A DNA stretch of 64,000 bases from Leidyana gryllorum EB-2025a (Eukaryota > Protista > Apicomplexa). Shown one piece after another: positions 9,730-21,381 of the stretch. Where the stretch lies: NCBI GenBank assembly GCA_048772705.1, contig JBLWGC010000102.1:33382-97381 (forward strand). The letters are read 5' to 3'. Each line of letters begins with the position of its first letter. Within the stretch, counting starts at the first letter, position 1. The notes under the pieces are model-generated. The model ran no database searches and was not told the origin of the DNA. It saw only the letters and a program-made list of their open reading frames with translations. The translations under genes were made by a program, and so were the position numbers.

Positions 9730-11715
9730 ATGATGGCGGCAACAGCCGCGTCTGATGTGACAACTAATCCAGAGGACGCGCCGCCTCAAATTGGGCCAGA
9801 TGGAGTAGTACGACACCCACCACCACCACCACCGCCTCCAAATAAAGCTGCTGCCGATATCGAGCAGTATGACCCGGAATTGGAGGCCCTATCAACGCTG
9901 ATGAACAACTTCAAATGGTCCGGTGATGCCGTGGAATCGTGTGCGCGCGCGATTATGAACCCACGCGAGACACATGAAAAGCGTTTGAATGGACTCATGC
10001 AACTTAAGCAATTGTTGTGTACTACTCGAGATAATGTATTCCAAATCGCCCAAGACGTAATAGACAGTGGAGTCCTCAAAGCGCTTGTACACCTGGTGTC
10101 GGCGGATAATCCCGACCCCACCTTGAGACTGCCCGCGGCATTTTGCCTCACAAACATTGCAGCCGGTCACGACGACCAAACAGCTGCTGTTGTTCATGCA
10201 GGAGCAATTCCGCCAATCCTGGCGTTGTTGCGTAGTCGTGAAGAAGCACTGCGAAGGCAAGCTATCTTTTGTTTGGCCAACATTGCTGGGTCTACGCCCG
10301 AATATCGAGGCATTCTGGCGCAGCACAAGGACTACTTTTCGGGCATCATATATGCGGTTGACACCGCCCGCGATCCGAAAATGGAAGAACTGGCAGCCTG
10401 GAACATACGAAACATGTGTGTGTTGGGCGGTCCGAAGGTGTCTGAGCTACGGCAGGGGCTAGATTACTTTGCGGATCAAATTCTGCGCTACGTGCCCCAG
10501 GAGCCCGAGCCCCGTCATTTGATTGGGGGGGGCTTAGCGACCATGTCGGCTGTATTGTCTGGCCAAAACACGCCAGCTTGGGCCCGGAGCAATGTTTTTA
10601 TCCCGGGTAGCGTTTACTTCCACAGTCAGGTGGGAACGACCCCTTCGTCAGTTCGTTTCGCTACGGAGACTTTCTCTCTTCTCTCACGAGAGCCTGAAGG
10701 GCGTGAGGAGATCTTTGACCCTTCGTTGGCCATGGGATACCTCTTTCATGCGAAGTACAACTCGAATCAAAGCGTGCGAAATCACGCGTTGGAAATACTC
10801 TCGAACATTTGTGAGTATGGAACTGCTGAGCACCGCCAAATGGTGACGAGGGCTTCGGGAATTGCAGGATTGGGCGAGTTGCTGGCCGACTGGGTCAGTT
10901 ACAGTCCCAATCAAAGAATTTTGGCGGCTAGGATCTTAATGTTGCTCGCGAACGACGGATATGTTCCTCACGCTAATGCCATGACGGAGCGGAGTGTGAT
11001 GACTCGAGATATCGCGGCGAAGATTGTCCAAAAGCGGAAGGAGCAATTACAACAAGTTCGAGGCGAGATGGATGTTCTGAGTCGAAGACGGCCAAGCGCA
11101 GAAGGTGAATGGACGCTGTCGGAGTGCAAGGCCTTGTTATACGAGATGGAGTGCAATTTAGAGCGCAATGACAAGTGGTACGGGGAGTCACCTGTTGAAG
11201 GTGCCTCGGTGTTGGAGGTCACTTACGCCATTTTGGCCCAGCTGGATCGTCCTGAAGAGTTTGCACTGAGGGAGAAATGCGGACGGATGATTGTTGCCAT
11301 ATTGGCTCGGGTGTCGGAGACCGTGTTGTGGACGCATTTGACGCTGGATCTGTTCAAGTTGTTGTTGGACATACTGGACTTGGCTGTAGAGGTCGATTTG
11401 ACAACAATAATGTCTGAACCCCCTCCAACGAGTGGTAGTCATGACCCTGGGGCGAATGCCGTTGCCTGCATGACGCCTGGCGAGCCTCACTTTGAGCCTG
11501 GCGCTTTCGTGCTGGCGGTGCTGAGTGTGTTGGAAAGGTTGTTGCAGATGGGTGAGGACCTCCAAGTACGAGATGGGAGTTTGGAAAACCCGATGGCCGT
11601 CATGTTGCAACAAATGGATGGGTTGACTAGGCTGGAGTCTGCTCTGGTTCGTGGAGCTCTGCCACAAGAAGCGGTTCACAAAACTATACAAATGGTACAA
11701 AAGTATTGTCGCTAG
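9730..11715 (+). CDS. Divergent importin-alpha-like ARM-repeat protein
   Basis: AAFCLTNIAAG..QTAAVVHAGAIP and RQAIFCLANIAG match importin-alpha ARM2-3; C-terminal NPMAVMLQQMDGLTRLE..KTIQMVQKY resembles ARM10. Intronless, 661 aa. Confidence 0.8.
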   Translation: MMAATAASDVTTNPEDAPPQIGPDGVVRHPPPPPPPPNKAAADIEQYDPELEALSTLMNNFKWSGDAVESCARAIMNPRETHEKRLNGLMQLKQLLCTTRDNVFQIAQDVIDSGVLKALVHLVSADNPDPTLRLPAAFCLTNIAAGHDDQTAAVVHAGAIPPILALLRSREEALRRQAIFCLANIAGSTPEYRGILAQHKDYFSGIIYAVDTARDPKMEELAAWNIRNMCVLGGPKVSELRQGLDYFADQILRYVPQEPEPRHLIGGGLATMSAVLSGQNTPAWARSNVFIPGSVYFHSQVGTTPSSVRFATETFSLLSREPEGREEIFDPSLAMGYLFHAKYNSNQSVRNHALEILSNICEYGTAEHRQMVTRASGIAGLGELLADWVSYSPNQRILAARILMLLANDGYVPHANAMTERSVMTRDIAAKIVQKRKEQLQQVRGEMDVLSRRRPSAEGEWTLSECKALLYEMECNLERNDKWYGESPVEGASVLEVTYAILAQLDRPEEFALREKCGRMIVAILARVSETVLWTHLTLDLFKLLLDILDLAVEVDLTTIMSEPPPTSGSHDPGANAVACMTPGEPHFEPGAFVLAVLSVLERLLQMGEDLQVRDGSLENPMAVMLQQMDGLTRLESALVRGALPQEAVHKTIQMVQKYCR

Positions 11716-11719
11716 ATAT

Positions 11720-12325
11720 ATGCTGGGAACGCTGCTTGAGAACGGCGCGTTCTTGATAGTTGGTTTGCTTTGGGGAGTAACAACACCGTTCGTGAGGAGG
11801 GCGGTAGTATCAACCAGTAGCACCAACGATGACAATGGCGAACCCAAAGAAGATGGCATCGGGATTTTGACCAATCAAGAGGATCGTTTTCACCGGCGTA
11901 TTCTTTACAGACTGTTTGGCCCAGATGGACTCCACCTCTGTCAATGGAAAGTGAGCCTTTTCACGAATACTTGAGTTTGAGTACTCACCACTGATTCGAA
12001 GGTCTTGCTGCCCTATGCGTTCAATCAATGCGGCTCGGTGCTCTTCATGTACTTGTTAGGCCACACCGGTAAGAGATCGTACATGTGTATAGTTGCTATT
12101 CTTGCTATCTGTCTGCCCCAGCCATGTCAAAAGCCGTACCGACCGCGAACGCACTGGCATCCTTCTTTACTTTTCTAACTGAGCTGGTTCTGTTCCGCTC
12201 CATTCCCGACCGATGTAGGTGGACACACGTTTCAGCAACCTCCTCGACTCCGACAATGGCCTTCAGGGGGTATTCTAGGATGTGTGTTAGTGATCAATGG
12301 GGTGGTTCTATGCCTGGCAACCTGA
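11720..12325 (+). CDS. TMEM234: TMEM234-family small membrane protein (DMT superfamily)
   Basis: Exons 11720-11950, 12002-12068, 12122-12214 and 12267-12325 give 149 aa: IVGLLWGVTTPFVRR, WKVLLPYAFNQCGSVLF, MSKAVPTANAL, GCVLVINGVVLC. Confidence 0.85.
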
Positions 12326-12493
12326 ATGGAATGGGTTCAAGCAAAATCAGCGACCGTCATTCAAGTCGGTCACTTAGACAGCCAGTCAGTCAGTCAGTCA
12401 GTCAGCGACAGAGAGGGGGAGGCAGGCGGACAGACAGACGAACAGACAGAGAGAGAGACAGTCAGTCAGTCCTTGACCAGCAGCCCACCCATG

Positions 12494-14508
12494 CTATTTC
12501 TCCGTCCTCACCGGCGACCGCCTGTCTGCTGAAGCGACTCCCCCGTGGCTGTGGCCGCCGCACATCGCTCGTTCCGGTTTCCGAGTCAACCCGTTTCCAC
12601 TGAGAGCTCGCACTACTACAGTGCGCTGCCCAGATGAGCTATGATGGGTGGGAGAGAACCCCTCGTCCGTGAACTTTAGTGGTGAAGATAACGTCATAGT
12701 GTCCCTGTATCCGCTCTGAACCATCCTGGAGTGTCGGATACCATCACTCCAACCCCCACTGCTGCGACGCGCGCACCTTTTAGCCATCAGAAGTCTCTGT
12801 GCTTGTCCATTGTCGCCCTCCTCTGCCACTCGTCGTTCGTCCGGAGACATCGGCTATTCAACCCAAGATGTTACTGGAGAAGATTGACTCCCACTCACAG
12901 AATCGCAGCTGTACTGACGCGTGACGATGGCCGATTTGGCCAGTGACAGAACGGGGGGTCTGGGAATCATTGCCTGCATCTCGTTCTGGAAGGTCAGATG
13001 TGAATCGCACGACTTGCGGTAGCGGGCACTTGCCTGGATTTCATGCAGAAAGTGTTGTTGAGGGCCCAAGACGCTCCCAGGACGGCATATGCGATTCCAT
13101 CCAATCCACGCCGCAGCCGAGAAGCTGTCAAGTATAAATTCAATGATGAGGAAGTCATCGATCCAATCCAGCCACAGCCTTCGTTGACACACAGGGGAGA
13201 CACTCAACTCCTCGGGGCTGGCTCCCTTCCAAGCCACCCAAGGCGAGAAAAGGACACATACAGAAAGATGTTACATTACCCATAGTGTTTCATCGCGTAG
13301 CATCCTATCAAGGTGCCTGTGCGGCCGAGTCCTGCCTTGCAATGTACAGCGATCGCGCCTTGCTCGCCTTCACATAGCGTTATAAACTTGTTAACCAAGT
13401 CCCTGAATTAATCTTTAGATGATGATTAGCGGCGTTGCAAGACGGTCCTACCTCGGAGGACACGACCCATCTAAAAAGTACAAGTCGTGGTGAGCTATGC
13501 CAGCCCGTAGGAATACTTTCCGGCAATATTGTTTCTTATTCAGGCGAATAACCATAGTTACTCCGAGGCGCTTGAAAATAGGTACGTAGTACTCAGGGGT
13601 GAGGGTGATCCCTCCCCCTTCATCGTAGACATTGTTCGCCGACGGCCCAGAGAAAGCGACAAACTTTCTCGGTACGATCCAATTAAGATCGCCGTGGCCG
13701 ATTTTCTCGTAATATTCGTAGGAATGGATGTCGAAGGTCTCAAAGTTAAAGAAACCGACCTAAAGCAATGCAACAGTCAAACAGGGTACCCATATGGACT
13801 CAGATTTGTGAGAGAAACAGAGAGAAACAGAGAAAGAGAAAGTGCAGACAGCTTCATTGGCTATATATACATAGGTCGAGCACAGAAGCATTCTCCGTCT
13901 CCGTCGATCATCGCTTAGGAGAGGCGAGACTGACTCACTCGGATTGCGTGATGGAGGCCCCGCAGACAGTCCAGAATACGGAGGGCATAGGTGCATGGGC
14001 CGTATGTAGCATCCCGAAAGGGGGGGAATGACAAGTTAGCTTGGTCGAAAGGCCGCATCGCCTCGGACGGCGATCGATGGAGGCAGCAAACAGCATACGC
14101 AGCCATCAAGAACGCAGCATTTGCTCGCTTATATTGATCTGTGCCACATCGATGGATTATAAAGTGGTTAGATAGTCGCGGGTCTTCGAGAAGGTCAGCC
14201 AGAAGTCTACAGAATCGCCAGGTCTGACCCAGATTCAGGGGGCCAAAGTCTGCACAAAACGGATCATAGACGAGCTCGTGGTCGATGCAGAACGTATGAG
14301 TGTCCTTCTGGTCAGTCACCGCTCCAGCTGACCGGCTGACCCAGTACAAACGACGGGGTATGAAACAGACTGCGCCCGCAAGAGGGGAAGAGCCAACTTC
14401 AGGCGAAACCGTAGGGCGCACTATAGATGAGGTAACCGTGTGCCCAGCCTCCACTTCTCGGCGGGAGGCCGATGGGGACCGCAAGGGAAGGTAGGGATGA
14501 AGCGGCAT
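12494..14508 (-). CDS. CDC14: Dual-specificity phosphatase Cdc14, multi-exon (3' end approximate)
   Basis: [45 protein letters not shown], catalytic [12 protein letters not shown] (~13310-13345), [16 protein letters not shown]. Confidence 0.95.
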
Positions 14509-14539
14509 CCTCAGAAATAACCGACAAATCCAAGCGTTT

Positions 14540-17182
14540 ATGGCAGCGGATGCTTACGAAAGCGACTCGAATGGTGAGGAGGAGTTGTTAAGCGTTATTT
14601 GACTACTCTGCCCTGTCAGCATCCAACGCTTCGGGTTGGTTGAGTGATGACGAGCCCCCACAGGACCGCGAGGGAGACTTGCTCCCACTCGCTGTTGACC
14701 GAAGAGGCCGGGTTTCTCTCATCAAAGAAATCAGACGAACCGGTACCTCCTTCACGCCGGCCACAGACGCTGATGAAGTGGAAAGTGAGGCAACTCTGGG
14801 CGGGCTGGCTCACTCACTTCTTTGCTACAGTCAAATTCGCACTGCCTCCCCCCTCGGTCACAGACTGGAATGCGGTAGAAGCAGTGGACAAATGTCCAGT
14901 CACTTGGCGTCGCTTGTCAAGCTACTCGCAAATGGAGTCTGCAGCAGCCCTAATCCCGATAGCGGTGCCTTTCATGGCCAAAGGGGAGAGTGCTGTACTT
15001 TGGATGGGGGATTCATGTGAGCGAGAGTCATTGTTCGTTGTCTCATCTCAAGAATTATGCAGTCGAATGGGTGGTGGACACTGATATGAAGTTGCGGGCT
15101 AAGCTGGGCCGCCAACGACGACGCTATGCGCGAGCTAATGCTGAGGGTATAAGAGACGGCTTGTTGGACCAGTAAGCGGCAGTCGCTGTGTCAATATTTC
15201 TATTCGCTGCTGCAGGAGTCGATTTAGAGTAGCATTGGGTGTCCAAATCATATCTGTTATCCCTCGATCAATTATTGAGAAGGAAATTGCAAAGGTGGTC
15301 ATAGTTAAAGCCACCTCCTATCATATTCCGACGACGAATAGTGTATTTGATGGTGAGAGGATACACAACGTGACCAGTCATACCAAACACATCAGTGCAA
15401 TGTGCGACCGTCCCTGACACATGGCCTATTCACATAGTATCTCAAAACTGGAAAGAATTGCCACTCTTCAAGCGTACGCTGACCTTAGGTAAGATTGGTG
15501 CTGCTTTCTCCTCGCTACTTTTCTATTCTCTCAGACACTGTCGCATCTCCATACGATAGAGTGATCAGAGCATTGAGGGTGGGGGATGTAGCGGTCATTG
15601 AATGGCCCGCTGACTTGTATCCGCCAACCAGTCTTTTTGGTGTTGCTGCATCGCGACGCACTTTGATCCACGTGAGCAAGATTGGCGATCCTAAGGTGTA
15701 CATAGTAACAGGTAAGTGACTTTGACCATTCGATCCTCCATGGATCGACCCGTCAGAGGGCCGAGACAAGGAATTAGGACTGATTCCGTACAGTCCAGCG
15801 TGCAACGGCAATCCGCAATGCCTCCTCCGCTTAATGGGAATGCACGACGATCAGTACGACCAATATCTTCGCATATCGCAAAATAGAGGAACGCAGTGCC
15901 CCGAAAATGGTACATTAATCACAGGTAATCAATCACCAGCAGCAACCCAATCATCACTCTTCCCAGTGAAACTGGAGATTGATGATCAAGAGAATCCTTC
16001 ACTCCTGCTCTTCTTGTTGGGGCGTAGCCACTCAATCCCGCTATGGCTACATGAGCTCTGTCGAACTATGGCTCTGGGACAGAGTTATGAGGGGCAATTC
16101 ACGGGTCAAACGCCTGGATTGGTGGATAGAAGTGAAAACTCAAGGCATCCTGGTGTATTAGTAAACTGGAAACAGTTGGATGAATGTGCCGATCCTGTCT
16201 GCGAAGTGGCCTCAGAATTTGGATCTCTCGTTCTGAAACCACTCCCAAAAATGGACCACCAAATCATCGACGGTGGAAGTGACCTGAAAGCGGTGTTGGA
16301 GGAGTGGCCAAATGCCGCCACTCATTCCAATTGGGCGACACTGGGTCTTAATCCTGACGCTAAGTGCCGTTTCACGATACTTGGTGCCCTGGGCAAGGTA
16401 AGTAAATAGCACACACACAGATACCGTCTTGTGCAGGAAGTGTCCCCATGGCATCGCGACCCGCGTGCTTGTCTGCGACACTTGATTTGCTTACTTGGCT
16501 GGGCACAACAATTGCTTGACGTAAGTCCATAAGCGTCGGGACGCGCCTTGCGCACACGCATTAACTACGGCAGCAATCTTTATATGGAAGCGCCTTGCAT
16601 TTGTTGAAGGACATCGTGGAATACGGCCGTCACTATCTTGGCCGTCCAATAGAGGACGGGGAAGACTACAGCATGATTACCGAACTGACAGGAGAATATA
16701 ACCCGCCCAGTATAGCTGGCAAGGAAATACCATATGTGAGAGTGGTCTACCCCCAATTCGATGTCCAATTACGACTCGTTGCGGGATTTATGAGAGCACA
16801 AGCTGAATATGGGCTCCATTTGTTCAATGAATGTCACACCACAATCACAGCAGTGAGTCAACTCCCTCACAGAATCGATTTGATGGATCATTCATTGCCT
16901 ATCGCGTTGCAGCTTCCGGAATTTCCGTCGGCAGTACCTGCCCTGGGTGATCTGTGCGATGTAATGCGTGGTGATTGCGAATATGAGGTAAGTACGCGCC
17001 ATTCTAGATCCATTAAGGCCTTGGCCACAAAACAGTTGGAACGTTTCCAAGAGTGTATCAATACGTATCTCAAAAGCCGAAAGCGTTCCGCTTTGCTGAG
17101 GGAGCGTGCTTTGAAAGCGCAAGAGAAAGTGAAGCTCGAGAAGGAGCGTAGTAGGTCTGTGTACCAAAAGATGTTCCAGTGA
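14540..17182 (+). CDS. Multi-FKBP-domain + TPR protein (FKBP62/65-like, degenerate PPIase domains), multi-exon
   Basis: SLIKEIRRTGTSFTPATDADEVE, IAVPFMAKGESAVL, IAKVVIVKATSYHIP, FLLGRSHSIPLWLHELCRTMALGQ, then a helical TPR-like region and C-terminal KERSRSVYQKMF. Exon joins are only partly resolved. Confidence 0.6.
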
Positions 17183-17190
17183 AGTGCACC

Positions 17191-17571
17191 ATGGGGTGGT
17201 TTAGTGCGCGGCTGGTGGCCCTCATGGTCCCTCTAGGTGTGGCTATTGGACAACGGCTCATGTTAGGTCTGACTGCTTCAGACGGCTCCACCCAATGTGC
17301 AGAGAGCATTTCCTTAGACTTTGAGGAGGCGGCAACCCCCCCCCCAATCGCTGTCTTGCCGCACAACAGACAGATCGGAGTGGCGTGTGCAGCAGCCATG
17401 GCAGCGTTCTGCTCATTCGTTATTTGTTGGCAGCGTCTGAAACGCCGAGGAGGCGCTACATCGTTGCCAATAGGAGTTTCGTTATCGAGAGAACCAAACG
17501 GAAGCAACATATCAACAGCCCCTGCATTAGGTTTGTGGACCAAACCCTTGCACCACTGGCCGTCAAAATGA
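17191..17571 (+). CDS. Putative small type-I membrane protein
   Basis: Signal-like MGWFSARLVALMVPLG; TM segment IGVACAAAMAAFCSFVICW followed by basic QRLKRR. Confidence 0.35.
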   Translation: MGWFSARLVALMVPLGVAIGQRLMLGLTASDGSTQCAESISLDFEEAATPPPIAVLPHNRQIGVACAAAMAAFCSFVICWQRLKRRGGATSLPIGVSLSREPNGSNISTAPALGLWTKPLHHWPSK

Positions 17572-19930
17572 GGCGACCATCCGTCTTTTTACGCATGGTT
17601 AGGAAAAATGAACGGTCAACAAAGACTGTGCGTCTTTGGTGAAACACATAAGTAACGCACACATATAAACTACTTCCTCATCGTATGACCTGTCCTCGTT
17701 GATAGCAGGAGTGTCCTCACTCACAGGTACTGATCTCCATGCGAGAAGACAGACGGTAGCGTGAGTTAAATTCGAAGCACAATCTGCACAACTCGGCCCA
17801 GGAAACCATCTGCGATAGCGTATAGTCGAGTGAAAGTGTTGTGTGTTCGTCCGTCACGTAGAGGACAAAAAATGTCTTGAGGCACGAACCCCTTTGTTTT
17901 CCACGCGTCCTGCAAAGACCGCTACGAGCGATCATTCGAATTCGCGGACGCATTGTGGGATTGTAGATGGAATTCAGCCATCTACGAGCTATATGCCCCC
18001 CGCCCAATAGGACCGAGACCTGGGCATTATTCTTCATAACGGTGTAAAAGTGTTTCGCCGAACTGAACGGGGAGGTAAGGGGGTGGGACTTGTAAAAGAT
18101 GCATCAGCTGCCAATCAGAGGAAGGGATTATCCCTCGGGTGCCGGCTGCCAGATGTATCCAAGATCGGGTCCCATTATCTCTGGCTCCCTGATCCACCTC
18201 TTTCGCTTCCCATCGAAGGAGCAGACCATTTGGGCTTCTTGCGAGGGAGATGCATGTCGAGATGTTTCGATCGAGAGTGGAGAGAGAGACTCAATAGAGA
18301 TAGTAATCGCGATGAAATTGATAATGTCGAAGCTCGTGCACTGTGACGCCAATCGCTGTTCATACACGAAAAGACTTCGGCTTGAGTTCTTCTCGAAAGT
18401 GGTTATGACACTCGGGTATGAAAGTGATTCGATAGATCGAGCCACCTTCCGGGCTGGAGTCACAATCTCTCGTACACTGAGATCGTCACTTAGATCACTG
18501 GGTATCGACACGGCTGTGGTAGGGCTCATTGTGCACAAAGTCGCAACAGTGGATCCTACACAACCGAACACCAATTGATCTGTGTCTTTCGTTGTGTACG
18601 AGATTGCGACCCGACTACGTGTGTTTATGTTGCCAGTATTATCATGTCCATTCGTCGTAAGATATATGATGCGCGAGGTAACAGCTTCGTATGTTTATCA
18701 ATGGCTGAGAACAAAGTTGATTCACGCCTCTCTTGAGCACCATTATGCTCGAAAATGATACCGACGACAATTTCAGGATCGGATATGCTGCACAGTTGTC
18801 TCTTCCAGGGTCACACATGGATAATCACAGGTGATAATAGAGCGGGCGCGCGCATATACACGCACACTCACACACGCACACACACAGGGCGACGGATGAG
18901 CAAGCAGCGTCCGGGGGAGTCAATAAGAACTCGTGAGTGTAGATTCTCTTCGCAACAGCCAAGAAAGTCAGTCCTTTGTGCGCGCAACGTAGGGTTTCCG
19001 TCAGCAGCATGTGGACTGTGAATCATAAGCGGCAGCAGCAGCAACCGCAATCACACCCAGTGTAGGTATACAATGCGTTAGAGAAAACGCAGCATTCTTA
19101 ACCTTCTGTTCGTCGGTGGTATTGTGAAAATCAGTGTGGTGAGGGGATTTGTAGTAGTGGGATCTCAGCCAGGTGGGGTCGTGATAGATTTATGGTGATT
19201 ATCGCGTCATCATGAGTGATACTTTATGAGTGAGTGGGGGGTCTCCGATGTCCATCCAAGTAGCGAAAGTATAATCAAGCCAGTGCCTTTCAGCGGTTGG
19301 CGATGGCTGCGTCTTGCTACGACAAATTAACTTTCGATTAAGAAAGATATTCGGGGTGGATAACGGGTTGGCCATTTGAGCAAGAGTAAGAGAAGTCCAA
19401 TCTGATTGATACTTCCGAATGGACAAATGTTCTTTCCTTCTTCAATCGATGATAACCGTATGTAATCTGACAAGTAAAGTGTGTGTCTGTCTTGTCGCTT
19501 GATTTCATTTTACTCCATTCAGTCGCTTGCCTTAGTCAGGTTCACAAAAGTGTCGAGGGAATGGAATAGAAGATTCTCTTCGCTTTTACCTTCTCCAAAG
19601 ATTGAGAAGAAAGACTGTAGTTGTGTAGGAATGCAGTCCAGTGTAAAATGTGTGTGAGTGTGATTAATGAGAGATGAGATGAGAGGAGAGAGGGAGATTG
19701 AGACACAAGAGAGAGAGTGGGTTTGAGTGAGTGTACGAACGATTGAATGCGTGAGTGAGGGAGAGGAACAAATGATCGGCGTTAGTCTCCCATCACTTTG
19801 AGTATTAAGTGTAAGTTTGTCTCGCTCTCTCTTTCCCTCGCTCAATCTCTCGTCTCTCTCCAGTCTCAGTCATATTCTTGTCTTTATAGTCTTGTTTGAG
19901 ATTATCCTTTTCGCGAGCTGATCATTTGAT

Positions 19931-21137
19931 CTAATGTGAGTTGTCGGTCAGGACAAAAGTCGAGAACAGTGGGATGTCTTGGTCTTGATAGGGAGTGTCA
20001 TTGATACTTTGTTGGATGTGGCAGTTTCGGATGTTGCAGTAGCAGCTTGGCGACTTGGGCTTGGCGTGGACGGAAAGTTCGAGGTGGCGAACGTTGGGCG
20101 AAAAGCAAAGACGGACAGCAGGGTAAAGGATATGGAAGGTCACCAATCGACTTGCGACTGAGCAATCCCATACCGGATTTAACGTGGAGGTGGTGTGGCA
20201 ACCCTTTACATTTGGAAGCTGCCTGCACCCACACCGACAACGTAGAGTCCATTTCATATATGGATAGTAGCTTGAGTATACCGCTCGGAGAGTTTATCGC
20301 ACATACACATAGATGTGATACGGGACGGACGGGCGTACTCTTCATCTTCACCTTCCTGTTTCTTGTTGTGTAGTGGTGTATGTATGTGATAATATACGTG
20401 GATTTGGAGTCGGCAAGCGCTGAAGCTATCCCAAACGGGCTCGATTGCGCTCGCTCGCTTGGAGTATCGGATCAGCAGATACCCAGAATATATAATATAC
20501 GTACTTCTTCATCCTCGTGGAAGCAGCTGATTATGCGATCCTCCCCGCGCGGGAGGCTCCTTTCTCTTCTCTCACACAAAGACGCAACATCCAATATCTC
20601 TACAGAGAGAGAGACTGACGGTTGACTCTTTGGAGACAGAGAGATGTAGTTAGTAATGAACGGTTTCTCTTGAGGTATCGAGGAGAAGCGCCAGTTACCA
20701 GAGATGCCTTCTAATCGAACGACCAAATGGGTGGAATATTCATGTGTTAGTAGTAGTGATAATAATAGTAGTAGTAGTAGTAGTAGTACTTGCGTGTGTG
20801 TCAAGTCAGCCAACCCGCTCGCTCACTCCCGCGACTGACTGTGGCTCGAGATCGCTCTGGTAGGGGGAGGTGCGGGTGACGACGTACTCATATCAGTCTT
20901 GTCCTCAGATTGTGTGCGAGGTTGGATCTATGGATTCTTCGAGTGTAAGTGTGTGTGTGAGAGTCTCTCCTTGTGGGCTCGCAATATAGTGGAGTACATC
21001 ATGTATCCGCCGCCAGGTCCGGACGGAGGTCCGAGGAGGGGAGGCAACATATCGCGCGCACACTCACAGTGGGAGACTTTGTTTCTTCATCGGTAGTAAT
21101 TGGGTATCTGGTTGATCTTCCTTGCAGTGGTAACATG
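19931..21137 (-). CDS. Hypothetical multi-exon protein (model uncertain)
   Basis: Several GTGAGT/GTACGT..AG intron candidates link short open segments, ending in ORF 19931-20257. No family recognised. Confidence 0.2.
20749..20788. repeat. (TAG)n/(TAA)n microsatellite
   Basis: tagtagtgataataatagtagtagtagtagtagtagta. Confidence 0.8.
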
Positions 21138-21381
21138 TATTTTGATTGTTATAGGTGGGCTGTCGTCCTCGTCGTCCAAGTCGTAGTAGTTAGTATTAGG
21201 AGGGAAGCGAAGTGTCTCTCGTCGTATGTGTCTTATATATATAACTCCGAGGGGTACAAGCGATACACAAAGTGATGACGACATATAGGTCATCAATTGT
21301 GGAAGTAGATGACCCTGTAAAAAAGCGCCGTCGTTCGTTTGTTCGTTCCATCCATTCCAGCCAAGTCGCCTCACTGCTCGC

